DNA of 64,000 nt from Oligoflexia bacterium (GCA_903895855.1 CAITVN010000076.1:7124-71123), one strand, 5' to 3'; counted from the first letter of the stretch, positions 43,510-52,967 are shown. Notes: a model not told the origin generated them from the sequence alone. A program made the numbers and translations.

Positions 43510-43955
43510 GTAGCTTCAAGCCCCGGATTCATGACGCGAGTGTAGAGCTCTACCATCTCGATCGTTTCGACAGCACCAATGTAGTCTGGCAAATCAGCAA
43601 AAAGGTGTTTCTCGTCTGGGTGAAAGGGCCAAGAAACCTGACCTGATGGCAAATTAACGACCACTATTGAGTCATCGGTCTTACCTACAGAGTAGCCCGA
43701 CTTTTCTGCAAGTTTGGCAATGAGGCTGGTGCAAGAATCTCGCTCTACCATCAGCGCGTCTTTGACTGCGAGCAACCTAGAATTTTCGCGAGCAAAAAGC
43801 TCGAGATTTTCTTCAAGAATTTTCAATTTTTGTTCAACGACGCGAGTATATTGCGAAGTTTCGAGTTGCAGCCGGTCGACCTCAGTCACCAGTTTTGCGA
43901 CTTCTTCGTGCGTGAACTGCCCTTTTACCTGCTCAACTTGATCGTTACCCATCAT
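43506..43955 (-). CDS. hypothetical coiled-coil protein
   Basis: 149-aa ORF with a coiled-coil N-terminal half. No motif recognised. The stop overlaps the kinase stop (convergent genes). Confidence 0.5.
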   Translation of the reverse strand: MMGNDQVEQVKGQFTHEEVAKLVTEVDRLQLETSQYTRVVEQKLKILEENLELFARENSRLLAVKDALMVERDSCTSLIAKLAEKSGYSVGKTDDSIVVVNLPSGQVSWPFHPDEKHLFADLPDYIGAVETIEMVELYTRVMNPGLEAT

Positions 43956-44131
43956 TGTTCAATTGTACGATTGATCCAATTCAGATGTCGAGGACTCTCA
44001 GGACTCAAAACTCACTTTCCCTGATCGCTGGCTAGGCAAAATGTGCCAAAAACCTTGCCGTACTCGGAATACGTCAAAAGAACCGTCAAAAAGTTTGCGA
44101 CAAACCCCCCTTTTTCTGGCAGAACCAACGC

Positions 44132-45760
44132 ATGATTCATATCAGCAATATTACAAAGCAGTACGGCCAGCAGGTGTTATTTGATCGGTGTGGTTTTCAG
44201 GTTCGGCCTGGCGACAAAATTGGGCTAGTCGGGCCCAACGGTGCGGGCAAGACCACTTTGTTTCGGGTCATCATGAAAGAAGAGGGCGTTGATTCGGGCG
44301 AAGTGAATATTGCCGATAAGACCGTGATTGGTTACTTTTCGCAAGATATCGGTGATATGAAAGGCCGCTCGGCTTTAGAAGAAGTCAAAGCGGGTGCTGG
44401 CAGGGTTTCAAAGTTGGCTATTCAAATTGCCGAGATGGAAAAGCGGTTGACCGATTCAGCCGAGAATCCGCTTGATGACGATGCGATGGCAACTTTGCTC
44501 GAACGGTATGGCGAGGCCCAAATCGAATTTGAGCAGCGTCTCGGTTATGATCTTGAGTCACGGGCTCAGGCGATTTTGACGGGCTTGGGTATCGGCCCAG
44601 ATGATTACAATCGGCCAGTTGAGACATTCAGCGGTGGCTGGAAAATGCGAATCGCGCTGGCTCGAATCTTAGTGTTAAATCCAGATGTCTTGCTGATGGA
44701 CGAGCCGACCAATCACCTTGACATCGAATCGATTATTTGGCTCGAGGAGTGGTTAAAAACGTATAAAGGGTCATTGGTAATGACCAGCCATGATCGCGAA
44801 TTCATGAATCGGGTCATCAATCGAATTGTCGAAGTTTTTCATAAGGCAGTGACTTCGTTTACTGGAAATTACGATTTCTACGAAAAAGAACGAGCGATTC
44901 GGCACGAGCAGCTAATTGCATCGCATAAAAAGCAGCAAGAGATGCTAGCAAAAGAAGAAGAGTTCATCGCTCGGTTTGCGGCCCGCGCTTCGCACGCGGC
45001 TCAGGTTCAGTCGCGGGTGAAAAAATTAGAGAAAATTGACCGCATTGAAATTCCGCCAGAAGAACGCGTGATGCAGTTTGAATTTCCGGTTTCGCCTCGA
45101 AGCGGCAATGACGTCATTAAGATGGTCGGTTTGGCTAAAGAGTGGCCTCACCCAAAACTGGGAGTTAAAAAAGTTTTTTCAGCAGTCAACGGTGTTGTAT
45201 CCAGGCTAAATAAAATAGCACTCGTGGGCGTGAATGGTGCCGGTAAATCAACATTGTTAAAGATCATGGCTGGTCAAGTTGAGCCCACTCAAGGTGAATG
45301 CACGATTGGTGCTAACGTGAAAATAGGTTACTTCTCTCAGCACTCGCTTGAAATCTTACAGGGTTCAAAAACCATCTATGACGAAATACACGATCGCATC
45401 CCTGATGCGACCATTGGTTATGTCAGAAACCTTCTTGGTGTTTTTTGTTTTAGCGGTGACGATGTTTATAAAAAAATTGGGTCACTTTCAGGTGGTGAAA
45501 AAAGTCGGGTGGTTTTAGCGACCATTTTGGCGACTCCTGTTAATTTGCTGATTCTCGATGAACCGACCAATCACCTCGACATCAAGTCACGCGAAGTGCT
45601 TCTTGATGCGGTCAAGAAATTTGATGGTACGGCAATCATTGTGAGCCATGACCGTTTCTTTCTGAAGCAAGTGGTTAATCGCGTGTTAGAAGTTGATCAT
45701 GGCGAATTGCGAATGTATGAGGGCGATTACTCGTATTATCAGTCAAAAAGGCCTCATTAG
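44132..45760 (+). CDS. ABC-F family ATPase (two ABC domains, no TM domain)
   Basis: Two Walker A motifs (GPNGAGKTT, GVNGAGKST), two signature motifs (FSGGWKMR, LSGGEKSR) and two Walker B motifs (LLMDEPTNHLD, LILDEPTNHLD). The inter-domain linker is charged. Confidence 0.9.
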   Translation: MIHISNITKQYGQQVLFDRCGFQVRPGDKIGLVGPNGAGKTTLFRVIMKEEGVDSGEVNIADKTVIGYFSQDIGDMKGRSALEEVKAGAGRVSKLAIQIAEMEKRLTDSAENPLDDDAMATLLERYGEAQIEFEQRLGYDLESRAQAILTGLGIGPDDYNRPVETFSGGWKMRIALARILVLNPDVLLMDEPTNHLDIESIIWLEEWLKTYKGSLVMTSHDREFMNRVINRIVEVFHKAVTSFTGNYDFYEKERAIRHEQLIASHKKQQEMLAKEEEFIARFAARASHAAQVQSRVKKLEKIDRIEIPPEERVMQFEFPVSPRSGNDVIKMVGLAKEWPHPKLGVKKVFSAVNGVVSRLNKIALVGVNGAGKSTLLKIMAGQVEPTQGECTIGANVKIGYFSQHSLEILQGSKTIYDEIHDRIPDATIGYVRNLLGVFCFSGDDVYKKIGSLSGGEKSRVVLATILATPVNLLILDEPTNHLDIKSREVLLDAVKKFDGTAIIVSHDRFFLKQVVNRVLEVDHGELRMYEGDYSYYQSKRPH

Positions 45761-45802
45761 GACTCTTGAGTGATAACCTCGCATGCCCAATTGATTCTAA
45801 TT

Positions 45803-46087
45803 GCTGATTATTGAGTTTTTTCAGGCCGTCTAGAATCTGTGCAACCAAGACGTCCTCGCCCTTATTTTAGGGTTTATTTTTTAGGAGGAAAGCAAAGCGG
45901 TTCATTCTTTTTTTGTGACTCTTGCGAGGCAGGATGCCGAAAGCAAGAAAACAAGATGTTTGAGGAACAAAAAAAGAATGAACCGCTTTGCTTTCCTCTT
46001 AAAAAATACAATCACCGAAATAAAGGGCTGCGGAATGTCTTTGTTGCACAGATTCTAGACGGCCTGAAGAAACTCAATAATGAGCAG
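45803..46087. repeat. nested-hairpin intergenic element, copy E3 (inverted relative to E2)
   Basis: Helix 45807-45845 pairs with 46043-46081 (39 bp, one T:G pair). Helix 45885-45914 pairs with 45969-45998 (30/30). The apical 54 nt (45915-45968) match the reverse complement of the E2 apex at about 49/54 positions. Confidence 0.9.
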
Positions 46088-46141
46088 GTGATGACCAGTG
46101 CATAGGAAGTTAATCCACCAGACGAAAGGTAACTGAAAAAA

Positions 46142-47482
46142 ATGGCAGCTAATCAGAATGAGAATGGCTTTAAGCTTCGACTATTTTCGTTAGTTCTAGT
46201 TATTTTTTGCCTCTTGAACAGTGGCGGCTTGTCTTGGGTGTTTGCCGAAAATGGTGAATGGAAGACTGATTTGTCTCTGCAATTGATTGGTGGTGTCGGT
46301 GGCAAGACGAGCAACGATACGCCGCTAAACTATGCTAATAAAGTAATGCAGATTCCAAGTTATCAAGCGGTACTTGAGCTCAGGCCTGAACTCAAAAGCG
46401 AGAGGGGTATGTTTAGCCTTCGCGCCAGACCTCGTTTTATTAGAGAGTTTTCGAAATCGAGAATCAATTCGAATTGGGAGCCCTTCGAGAGTCTCGGTAA
46501 ATTTCAGTGGAGCGAGGCTTACGTCGAAGCGAGCATCGGCCCTGATGTCTTGTTTAGTTACGGTCTTCAAAATTTACAGTGGGGCCAGACTGAGACCCTA
46601 AGTCCAAGTAATCGAATTTTTCGCGATTCGATTCAAGTGAAAGATACCCTTTATGATGTGCGAGGCCGCCATTCGTTTAAGTTGAATTACAGCCCTTCAA
46701 AAGATTGGTCTGTCATCGGATTTGCTGAAATTGCTGAGACCGGCGAAATGGGGAGCACTGAGTTCGAGGCTGAAGAGGCGTTTGGCAAAAAAGCCGTGCT
46801 GAAGGCTGAAAAGAACTTTTCAGGTGGGGCTCACACCCTGGGATTTGTGGCTGGCTTGCGTGAACGGCATGGCGGTTGGTTTGGCAGTTACGGGTCAGCC
46901 GAGGTGTTAGATGGTTTGACTCTTTTTGGTGACCTGGGGGCAGAGGTGGGGAGTGCCAATTGGTATCCGGTATTTGATAAGCAAACAGGTTTGACGACAC
47001 TTTCTCAGATTTATCGAAATTCAGGCAGAGTTTCGACCTCATCAGTACTCGGTGCGAGGTATTCGTTTACTGGGGGAACTGATTTTCGCGTCGAGTGGAT
47101 TTTTCAAGAGCTAGGCTATACTGCGAGCCAGATTGAGACCATTTACGATGCTGCGAGCAGTCGATCGCCCATCCAGCAAGCCAAGAATATTGAGTTGCTA
47201 CCTCGATTAATCAAGAGCGGTTTAGAGCTTCCGGGTAGGCAGTATTTGATGGCTTCGTTAAGAATTCCTGATGTGTTTGAGTTTCAAAAAACTCTCGTCT
47301 ATTCACGCATACTCTTCTCGCCTCGAGACTACTCGGCAACCGCCTATTTGACCGTCGAAATTCCGGTTTCTAGTTATGGCACTAGTTTCGTTGAACTGTA
47401 TCAAAGTTTTGGTGAAAACCAATCTGAACTAAAAGGCTTCGTGGGCTCAAGTTTTCTTGCGGGATATCGACAATACTTTTAA
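46142..47482 (+). CDS. putative outer-membrane beta-barrel protein
   Basis: Signal peptide LRLFSLVLVIFCLLNSGGLSWVFA. The sequence shows an alternating beta-strand-like pattern and ends in an aromatic residue (YRQYF). It is the first gene of the ABC/FtsX cluster. Confidence 0.6.
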   Translation: MAANQNENGFKLRLFSLVLVIFCLLNSGGLSWVFAENGEWKTDLSLQLIGGVGGKTSNDTPLNYANKVMQIPSYQAVLELRPELKSERGMFSLRARPRFIREFSKSRINSNWEPFESLGKFQWSEAYVEASIGPDVLFSYGLQNLQWGQTETLSPSNRIFRDSIQVKDTLYDVRGRHSFKLNYSPSKDWSVIGFAEIAETGEMGSTEFEAEEAFGKKAVLKAEKNFSGGAHTLGFVAGLRERHGGWFGSYGSAEVLDGLTLFGDLGAEVGSANWYPVFDKQTGLTTLSQIYRNSGRVSTSSVLGARYSFTGGTDFRVEWIFQELGYTASQIETIYDAASSRSPIQQAKNIELLPRLIKSGLELPGRQYLMASLRIPDVFEFQKTLVYSRILFSPRDYSATAYLTVEIPVSSYGTSFVELYQSFGENQSELKGFVGSSFLAGYRQYF

Positions 47483-47493
47483 GATCTGACTCT

Positions 47494-48228
47494 ATGAGTA
47501 ATCGACCTGGTGTCAGTGCCGTGCCCATCATTGAGTTGAAAAATGTCGTCAAGTCTTACCGCTTGGGCGAAGTGGTGATTACGGCCGTAAAAAAAGCTAA
47601 TTTGCAGCTGCACCTTGGCGAATTTACGGCCCTAATTGGGGCCTCTGGCTCAGGTAAGAGCACCTTATTGAATATCATCGGATGCATTGATCAAGCCGAT
47701 TCTGGAATCGTCACCATTGGCGGCTCTGATGTCAAGCAACTCAGTGATAACGAAAAAAGTGACCTGAGAAATCAAAAAATTGGATTTATTTTTCAGAACT
47801 TCAATTTGATACCAGTTTTAGATGTTTATGAAAACGTTGAGCTGCCGTTGTTGGTTAATGGCACCGTCGAAAGTGCGCGTGAGCGAAACGATCGTGTCTT
47901 AGAAGCGATCAATGACGTTGAGTTGAGTTCAGTGATTCATCACCGGCCTGATCAATTGAGCGGTGGACAGAGGCAAAGAGTAGCCATTGCAAGGGCACTC
48001 GCGGGTCGGCCTTCGCTGGTGCTTGCCGATGAACCGACGGCAAATCTCGATTCTGAAACTTCTTCAAAAATTATTGACCTGATGATCGCCCTTAACGAAA
48101 AGAAAAAGGTGACCTTTCTTTTTTCAACTCACGATGAACGCCTGATGAGTCGGGTGAAGCGAATCATTCACATCAAAGATGGTCTGCTCGACTCAGATTC
48201 GGGGCCCGCTCATGAAAGTGGTACTTGA
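47494..48228 (+). CDS. ABC transporter ATP-binding protein (MacB/LolD type)
   Basis: Walker A GASGSGKST, signature LSGGQRQR and Walker B LVLADEPT. Confidence 0.9.
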   Translation: MSNRPGVSAVPIIELKNVVKSYRLGEVVITAVKKANLQLHLGEFTALIGASGSGKSTLLNIIGCIDQADSGIVTIGGSDVKQLSDNEKSDLRNQKIGFIFQNFNLIPVLDVYENVELPLLVNGTVESARERNDRVLEAINDVELSSVIHHRPDQLSGGQRQRVAIARALAGRPSLVLADEPTANLDSETSSKIIDLMIALNEKKKVTFLFSTHDERLMSRVKRIIHIKDGLLDSDSGPAHESGT

Positions 48229-49599
48229 ATGCCGAATTCTTTTTGGGGCCTAGCAAGAAAAAATTTGCGGCGAAATTTGAAGCGAAATTTGACGACAGGT
48301 TCGGCGATCGCCTTTGGTTTTGCCGGTATCATTCTGTTGGGCGCCTACTCTAATCGCGTAGACAATTACATTCGCGTGTACACGATTTATGCTGCACATA
48401 CAGGGCATGTCGCTCTTTTTGCAAAAAATGGACTCGATAAATTTGGTTTTGAGCCCAAGAAACACAGTTTTTCGAAGCAACGGCAGCTCGAGATCGAGGG
48501 CCTGCTCAAGAACGATTCTCGAGTTGAGATGTTTGAACCCAGATTCTCTGGAGTTGGCTTAATCAGCAATGGCTGCAAGTCGATTCCGTTCAGCGCAGTC
48601 GGGATTGATCCTCAAATTGAAGAAAAATTGATGATTCACCCAGAAGTGAAACGCTGGACTCCGCAAATTGAATCGATCAAAAAGGGCGTCAAACTCGTTG
48701 ATGCGGTGAAAATATCTTCTGTTGCCGTCGTGTCGATCACTCAAAAAGTGGCGAGCGCACTGGGTAAAGAAAAAGTAAAAACAGAGTTCGACACGGGCGC
48801 GGCAGTCAAAGTCGTCGATTGCGAGAGTTCAGTGGCCTTGCCTCAAAGTGACGCCAGCGTGCAGTTTTTGGGTAATTCTTGGCAAGGTGGCATGGCAGCC
48901 CTTGATGCTGACGTGGTCTCAATCTTTTCGACGGGGTTTGATGAAACTGATTTTTCAGCCATTCGAATGCCCCTTTCGGTACTTCAGAGCTTTTATGATA
49001 CTGAGCGGGTAGCGGGTTATTCGGTTTGGTTGAAAGAGGCTTCACAGTTAAAAAGTTTTATTCAAACATTTTCTGCGGCATTGAATGGCCCCTCACTGGC
49101 GCCTGAGCCGATCGATTTGATACCGTGGTATGACGAATCGTTGTCACCTTATTATGCCGGCACGATTCAATTTTTGAATGCAATGGTGGGTTTCGTCTCT
49201 TCTGTACTGGCCCTGGTCGTCTTATTTTCAGTTTTGAATTCGACAACCCTCACCGTTCTTGAGCGAACCTCAGAAATTGGCATGTACCGTTCTATTGGGT
49301 TTAGAAAACGGCAGATTCAAACGCTATTCATACAAGAGTCAATTTGGCTTTCGGGGTTTTCTCTCGGGATCGGTCTCATTTCGGGTTTCGTTTTCGTCGA
49401 GATGATCAATCGAATGAAAATTGTTTATCACCCACCGGGCGCATCGGGGGGATTGCAACTCGTGCTGGTTGCGAATGTTTCGGCGATTTTTGTTTGGGCA
49501 GTGGTTCTGTTGTTGCTGACTATTTGGTCAACTCGTTTTTCGGTGGTCAATAAATTGAAGTGGCAGATTTCAGACTTATTAGGAGGGTCGGGCAGATGA
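48229..49599 (+). CDS. ABC transporter permease, FtsX/MacB-like
   Basis: 456 aa with one N-terminal TM helix, a large periplasmic domain and a C-terminal FtsX-like 3-TM bundle (ERTSEIGMYRSIGF). The start abuts the ATPase stop. Confidence 0.8.
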   Translation: MPNSFWGLARKNLRRNLKRNLTTGSAIAFGFAGIILLGAYSNRVDNYIRVYTIYAAHTGHVALFAKNGLDKFGFEPKKHSFSKQRQLEIEGLLKNDSRVEMFEPRFSGVGLISNGCKSIPFSAVGIDPQIEEKLMIHPEVKRWTPQIESIKKGVKLVDAVKISSVAVVSITQKVASALGKEKVKTEFDTGAAVKVVDCESSVALPQSDASVQFLGNSWQGGMAALDADVVSIFSTGFDETDFSAIRMPLSVLQSFYDTERVAGYSVWLKEASQLKSFIQTFSAALNGPSLAPEPIDLIPWYDESLSPYYAGTIQFLNAMVGFVSSVLALVVLFSVLNSTTLTVLERTSEIGMYRSIGFRKRQIQTLFIQESIWLSGFSLGIGLISGFVFVEMINRMKIVYHPPGASGGLQLVLVANVSAIFVWAVVLLLLTIWSTRFSVVNKLKWQISDLLGGSGR

Positions 49600-50345
49600 T
49601 TAAGAAAGTTAAGTTACTAATAGGTGTGGGTCTTTTTGTGGCGAGCAGCCCGGTGCAGGCGTCACCCTCAGCAGAGCAGTTACTCAAAGATTCAGATCGC
49701 TCGCGGGGAGCACTTTTAGAAGTTGGCGGAATGACCTGGCAGGCATCAGTCATCACACTTGAGAATGACGACAAAATCGAACTGGGTTATTTGATCAAGA
49801 TTCGTGATGACGATGCCGTCGCGGAGGTGAGTTCTCCGCCTAGGCAAAAAGGCGAGCGTATTTTATTCAATGATCGAATTTTGTGGTTCTATAAACCGGG
49901 TCTTCGCAAGCCCATTAGCATTTCTCCTCGGCAAAGGCTTTCGGGTCAAGCCGCCAACGGTGACATCGCGTCAACTCGTTACGCTCGCGATTATGAGGGA
50001 GTGGTGAAGGGCGAAGAGTTAGTTGAGGGCTCGCCAACATTTGTGCTTGAGTTAAAGGCGAAGGGCAAGAACGTTACCTATGATCAGATTAGGTATTGGG
50101 TTTCAAAGCAAGATCACCTTGGAGTCAAAGCAGAATTTTTAACCTTGTCTGGTCAGATATTTAAGCGGGCTTGGTTTAAGTACGCTAATCAATTGACAGT
50201 CAAGGGGGTTCAGTACCCTTTTGTGAGCGAGATGAAAATTCAAGACGCGTTGAACGATAAAAATCTGACAACGATACGGTATTTTTCTCCAAAAATTGAA
50301 AATCACCCAGCCGGGCTCTTTAATGTGAACAACCTGGTGAAGTGA
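49596..50345 (+). CDS. LolA-like outer-membrane lipoprotein-sorting protein family member
   Basis: Signal peptide MIKKVKLLIGVGLFVASSPVQA. The pattern RILFNDRILWFYKPGLRKPISISPRQRLSGQAANGDIA matches my recollection of LolA-like proteins encoded in FtsX clusters. It overlaps both neighbouring genes by 4 nt. Confidence 0.6.
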   Translation: MIKKVKLLIGVGLFVASSPVQASPSAEQLLKDSDRSRGALLEVGGMTWQASVITLENDDKIELGYLIKIRDDDAVAEVSSPPRQKGERILFNDRILWFYKPGLRKPISISPRQRLSGQAANGDIASTRYARDYEGVVKGEELVEGSPTFVLELKAKGKNVTYDQIRYWVSKQDHLGVKAEFLTLSGQIFKRAWFKYANQLTVKGVQYPFVSEMKIQDALNDKNLTTIRYFSPKIENHPAGLFNVNNLVK

Positions 50346-51697
50346 TGGCGAACCAAAACAGCCGCCTGATTCGAATTCGAACGATAGTCAAGCTCAGCAT
50401 CAAGAATGTGAAGACCAATTGGCGGCATAGCCTAGCCACCTTGCTGGCGATTGTCATGGGCTTCACGGCAGTTTCACTTTTTGATGGTTTTATTGAGAAC
50501 ATGAAATTGCTCATCGAAGATGGCAGCATTCATCGTGGAATGATGGGCCATGTGGTGATCGAGCGAAAAGGGGCGAAACAAAAAATTCTCGAAGATTTGT
50601 GGAGATATTCGATCGATGAAAGAGTGCAAGAAAAGCTGACGGCCTTACTAAAAGCAGATGCGCGTGTCGAAACCTTTGTTCGTTTCTTGATTTTGAATGG
50701 AATGGTTGCAAACTCAAATACCCAGGCTCTTTTTGTGGGGATTGGTTTTGACCTTGAGAGCGGAGCTCAAATGCGGGGGCCAAAGTGGCAGTGGAATGTT
50801 GTGGCCGGTAAACCGTTGCGACAAGTAGATGGCAAAGATCCTGGTGTGGTGGCTCTGGGTTGGGGTCTTGCTTCAAAGATGGGATGCCAGTTTGACCTGA
50901 AGGGGGCTTTGAATTCTGATGGATCTTACAAGCCCGTTGATCGAAAATTCGAGTGTCGCTCGCGTACCGTTCAATTGTCTGTGAGCACTGAGCATTCGCA
51001 AATCAATGCGGCGAGTTTCGAGGTTCAGTCGTTAGTTGACATGCAGTTGCGAGATTTTAATGACCGTTTTGTGATGTTACCACTCAGCACTTCGCAAACT
51101 CTCTTAGATACGAAACGCATTTCGCGCGTGGGTGTTCTTTTGAAAGATGGCAAAGACCAATTATCGATTATTGCAGACTTGTCAAAGAAGGCCGATGAAC
51201 TAGGTCTTGACCTTGAATTTTTGCCGTGGATTGAACACCCGGCTTCTGCAACTTCTCGCGGAAGTCTTGAGTTGCTCACGGTCTTTCGAAATCTATTTTT
51301 GTGCGTGGTGGCTCTAATTGCTGCGATGTCTGTAGCGAATTCGATGATGAAAAGTATCAATGAGCGCACCCGAGAAATCGGAACGCTGCGAAGTCTAGGT
51401 TTTTACCGCAGCGATATTAGCCTTCTGTTTGCGATTGAGGGGTTTTTTCTGGGCCTTTTTTCTTGCTTGGTGGGTTGGGTATTTGCGGTCGCTGTAGGCG
51501 TATTGCTGTCTCGTCTGGGGCTGACATTTAAGGGGGGCGTTCTCTCAAGCCCGATACCTGTTCAAGTAAACGTGCCGCTGTTTACGCCGCTGATGAGCTT
51601 GTTGGTGTTGACTTCAATTACTGCGGTGACTTCTTATTTGTTAGCCAGGCGCGCTGCAAATTCAAATGTTTCAGACATGCTCAGGCATGTAGCCTGA
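50342..51697 (+). CDS. ABC transporter permease, FtsX/MacB-like (second copy)
   Basis: 451 aa with the same architecture as 48229-49599 (ERTREIGTLRSLGF). Confidence 0.8.
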   Translation: MMANQNSRLIRIRTIVKLSIKNVKTNWRHSLATLLAIVMGFTAVSLFDGFIENMKLLIEDGSIHRGMMGHVVIERKGAKQKILEDLWRYSIDERVQEKLTALLKADARVETFVRFLILNGMVANSNTQALFVGIGFDLESGAQMRGPKWQWNVVAGKPLRQVDGKDPGVVALGWGLASKMGCQFDLKGALNSDGSYKPVDRKFECRSRTVQLSVSTEHSQINAASFEVQSLVDMQLRDFNDRFVMLPLSTSQTLLDTKRISRVGVLLKDGKDQLSIIADLSKKADELGLDLEFLPWIEHPASATSRGSLELLTVFRNLFLCVVALIAAMSVANSMMKSINERTREIGTLRSLGFYRSDISLLFAIEGFFLGLFSCLVGWVFAVAVGVLLSRLGLTFKGGVLSSPIPVQVNVPLFTPLMSLLVLTSITAVTSYLLARRAANSNVSDMLRHVA

Positions 51698-51721
51698 TCA
51701 GATGAGAGTCTGGCTATTCGA

Positions 51722-52870
51722 CTATTTGGTCCACTGAGTTTGTGTCTTAATGCCAGTGTCATGGCAATACAGACAACCTTGGTTTTCGTAGCCCACTGGC
51801 GACATCAATCGTTTGTAATCGGTGTGGCATTTCACACAGGCATTTTTCGGATTGGCTGCGACCGATTGAGTCTCGCCCGCTGGTTTATCGTAGTGGTTTT
51901 CTTCGAAAGGCTCAGGGTGAGGCATTGAGATGTGACATTGGTCGCATTTCACGTATTGGTTAGGGTTACGTGTACCGAAACCCGATTTTTCTGTGTGACA
52001 GTTTTCACAAGTGACTGCAGGTCGTGCCGACTCATTCGTATCGCTCATGGCTATGAATTGGGCACCGTGGTTTTCAGGTTTGCTCCATTTAGTAACGTGA
52101 GGATATCCGTGGCAACTGGCGCAAGCGGGTGCCGCAGACGGTGCAGGGTCAGTAGGATTTTTCTCAACAATTTGAGTGGAGTGGCAAACGGTACATTGTT
52201 TTTGGTCGGTGAAGTATAACTTTGCGTGGTCTTTAGATTTTGAGAACTCAGCCGCGTGAGGGTATTGAGCGTGGCAAGCGTTACAGCTGACTGCGACTTT
52301 ACCGCCCTTCAGGTCTTCACCGTGGCAGGTCTGGCAAGTGACTGCTGGTTTTTCAGTCGCTGAAACTTGTTTTAGATATTCTTGGCCGTGAATGATGCCT
52401 GCGCCGTCGGTGGCTTTCACCCAACCCGATGAGTGCGGATAACTGTGGCAAGAAGTGCAAGCTGGCGGACCTTTTGCGTCAGCGGCACCATTAGTTGTTT
52501 TTAGTGTGTGGCACATTAAGCAAGTCTTTGGCTTATCTTTGTAATCTGCTGCATGTAAGCCTGAAGTTTTGAAATCAGCGGGATGCGGAAAATTACCATG
52601 ACATTGGCTGCAAGCAGGGGCCGCGTTTTGGCCTTTGAGGTCAGTACCGTGGCAGGTCATGCAACTGGTGGCGTCGCTGAGGTAATGAATTCCATGATTG
52701 CCGGTAATTCTGAAAATGGTGGTGTGAGGATAAACAGCTGCGTTCTTTTGTGCTTCAGTGAGATACGAATCGCCGACGGGTTTTGAAGCCTTGTTGCATG
52801 AAGCGAGTAATGAAACAGTTAAAATTGAAACGAGCATCAATGCCAGATTTTTGTATTTTGAGTTCTTCAT
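51722..52870 (-). CDS. dodecaheme c-type cytochrome lipoprotein
   Basis: Lipobox LLASC and 12 CXXCH motifs (CMTCH, CSQCH, CLMCH, CTSCH, CQTCH, CNACH, CTVCH, CASCH, CENCH, CDQCH, CVKCH, CLYCH). They are arranged as repeated paired modules CxxCHG.DLKG...CxxCH..PH. The start is placed at the ATG at 52870. Confidence 0.9.
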   Translation of the reverse strand: MKNSKYKNLALMLVSILTVSLLASCNKASKPVGDSYLTEAQKNAAVYPHTTIFRITGNHGIHYLSDATSCMTCHGTDLKGQNAAPACSQCHGNFPHPADFKTSGLHAADYKDKPKTCLMCHTLKTTNGAADAKGPPACTSCHSYPHSSGWVKATDGAGIIHGQEYLKQVSATEKPAVTCQTCHGEDLKGGKVAVSCNACHAQYPHAAEFSKSKDHAKLYFTDQKQCTVCHSTQIVEKNPTDPAPSAAPACASCHGYPHVTKWSKPENHGAQFIAMSDTNESARPAVTCENCHTEKSGFGTRNPNQYVKCDQCHISMPHPEPFEENHYDKPAGETQSVAANPKNACVKCHTDYKRLMSPVGYENQGCLYCHDTGIKTQTQWTK

Positions 52871-52947
52871 TCCTATTTCATCCTCATCTTTTGGATAACC
52901 GACCATCGATAAACGAAAACTAATCACAGATTTTCGTTACAATAACC

Positions 52948-52967
52948 GTTCACCAACTGTTCACCAA
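52948..52967. promoter_or_regulatory. direct repeat GTTCACCAA-N2-GTTCACCAA (11-bp period) upstream of the dodecaheme cytochrome gene
   Basis: Two perfect 9-mers at 52948-52956 and 52959-52967, lying 78-97 nt upstream of the start codon. The geometry is typical of winged-helix response-regulator sites. Confidence 0.3.

Noticed and set aside
30721-46087. Reading E1-E3 as MITEs/IS remnants, as retron msr-msd, or as plain intrinsic terminators
   Set aside because: A MITE or IS would have conserved termini and target-site duplications, but here the termini are the variable part and I saw no flanking direct repeats. There is no reverse transcriptase gene nearby for a retron. Plain terminators would not keep a 54-nt apex and loop motifs at near identity, and no T-tract follows the outer helices. 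A terminator or insulator side-function for E1 and E2 between convergent genes remains possible.
45839-46105. ORF 45839-46105 (+), 88 aa, spanning element E3
   Set aside because: It starts at a GTG inside the outer helix and reads through both arms and the conserved core. In E2 the core is conserved in the opposite orientation, which is incompatible with a conserved protein.
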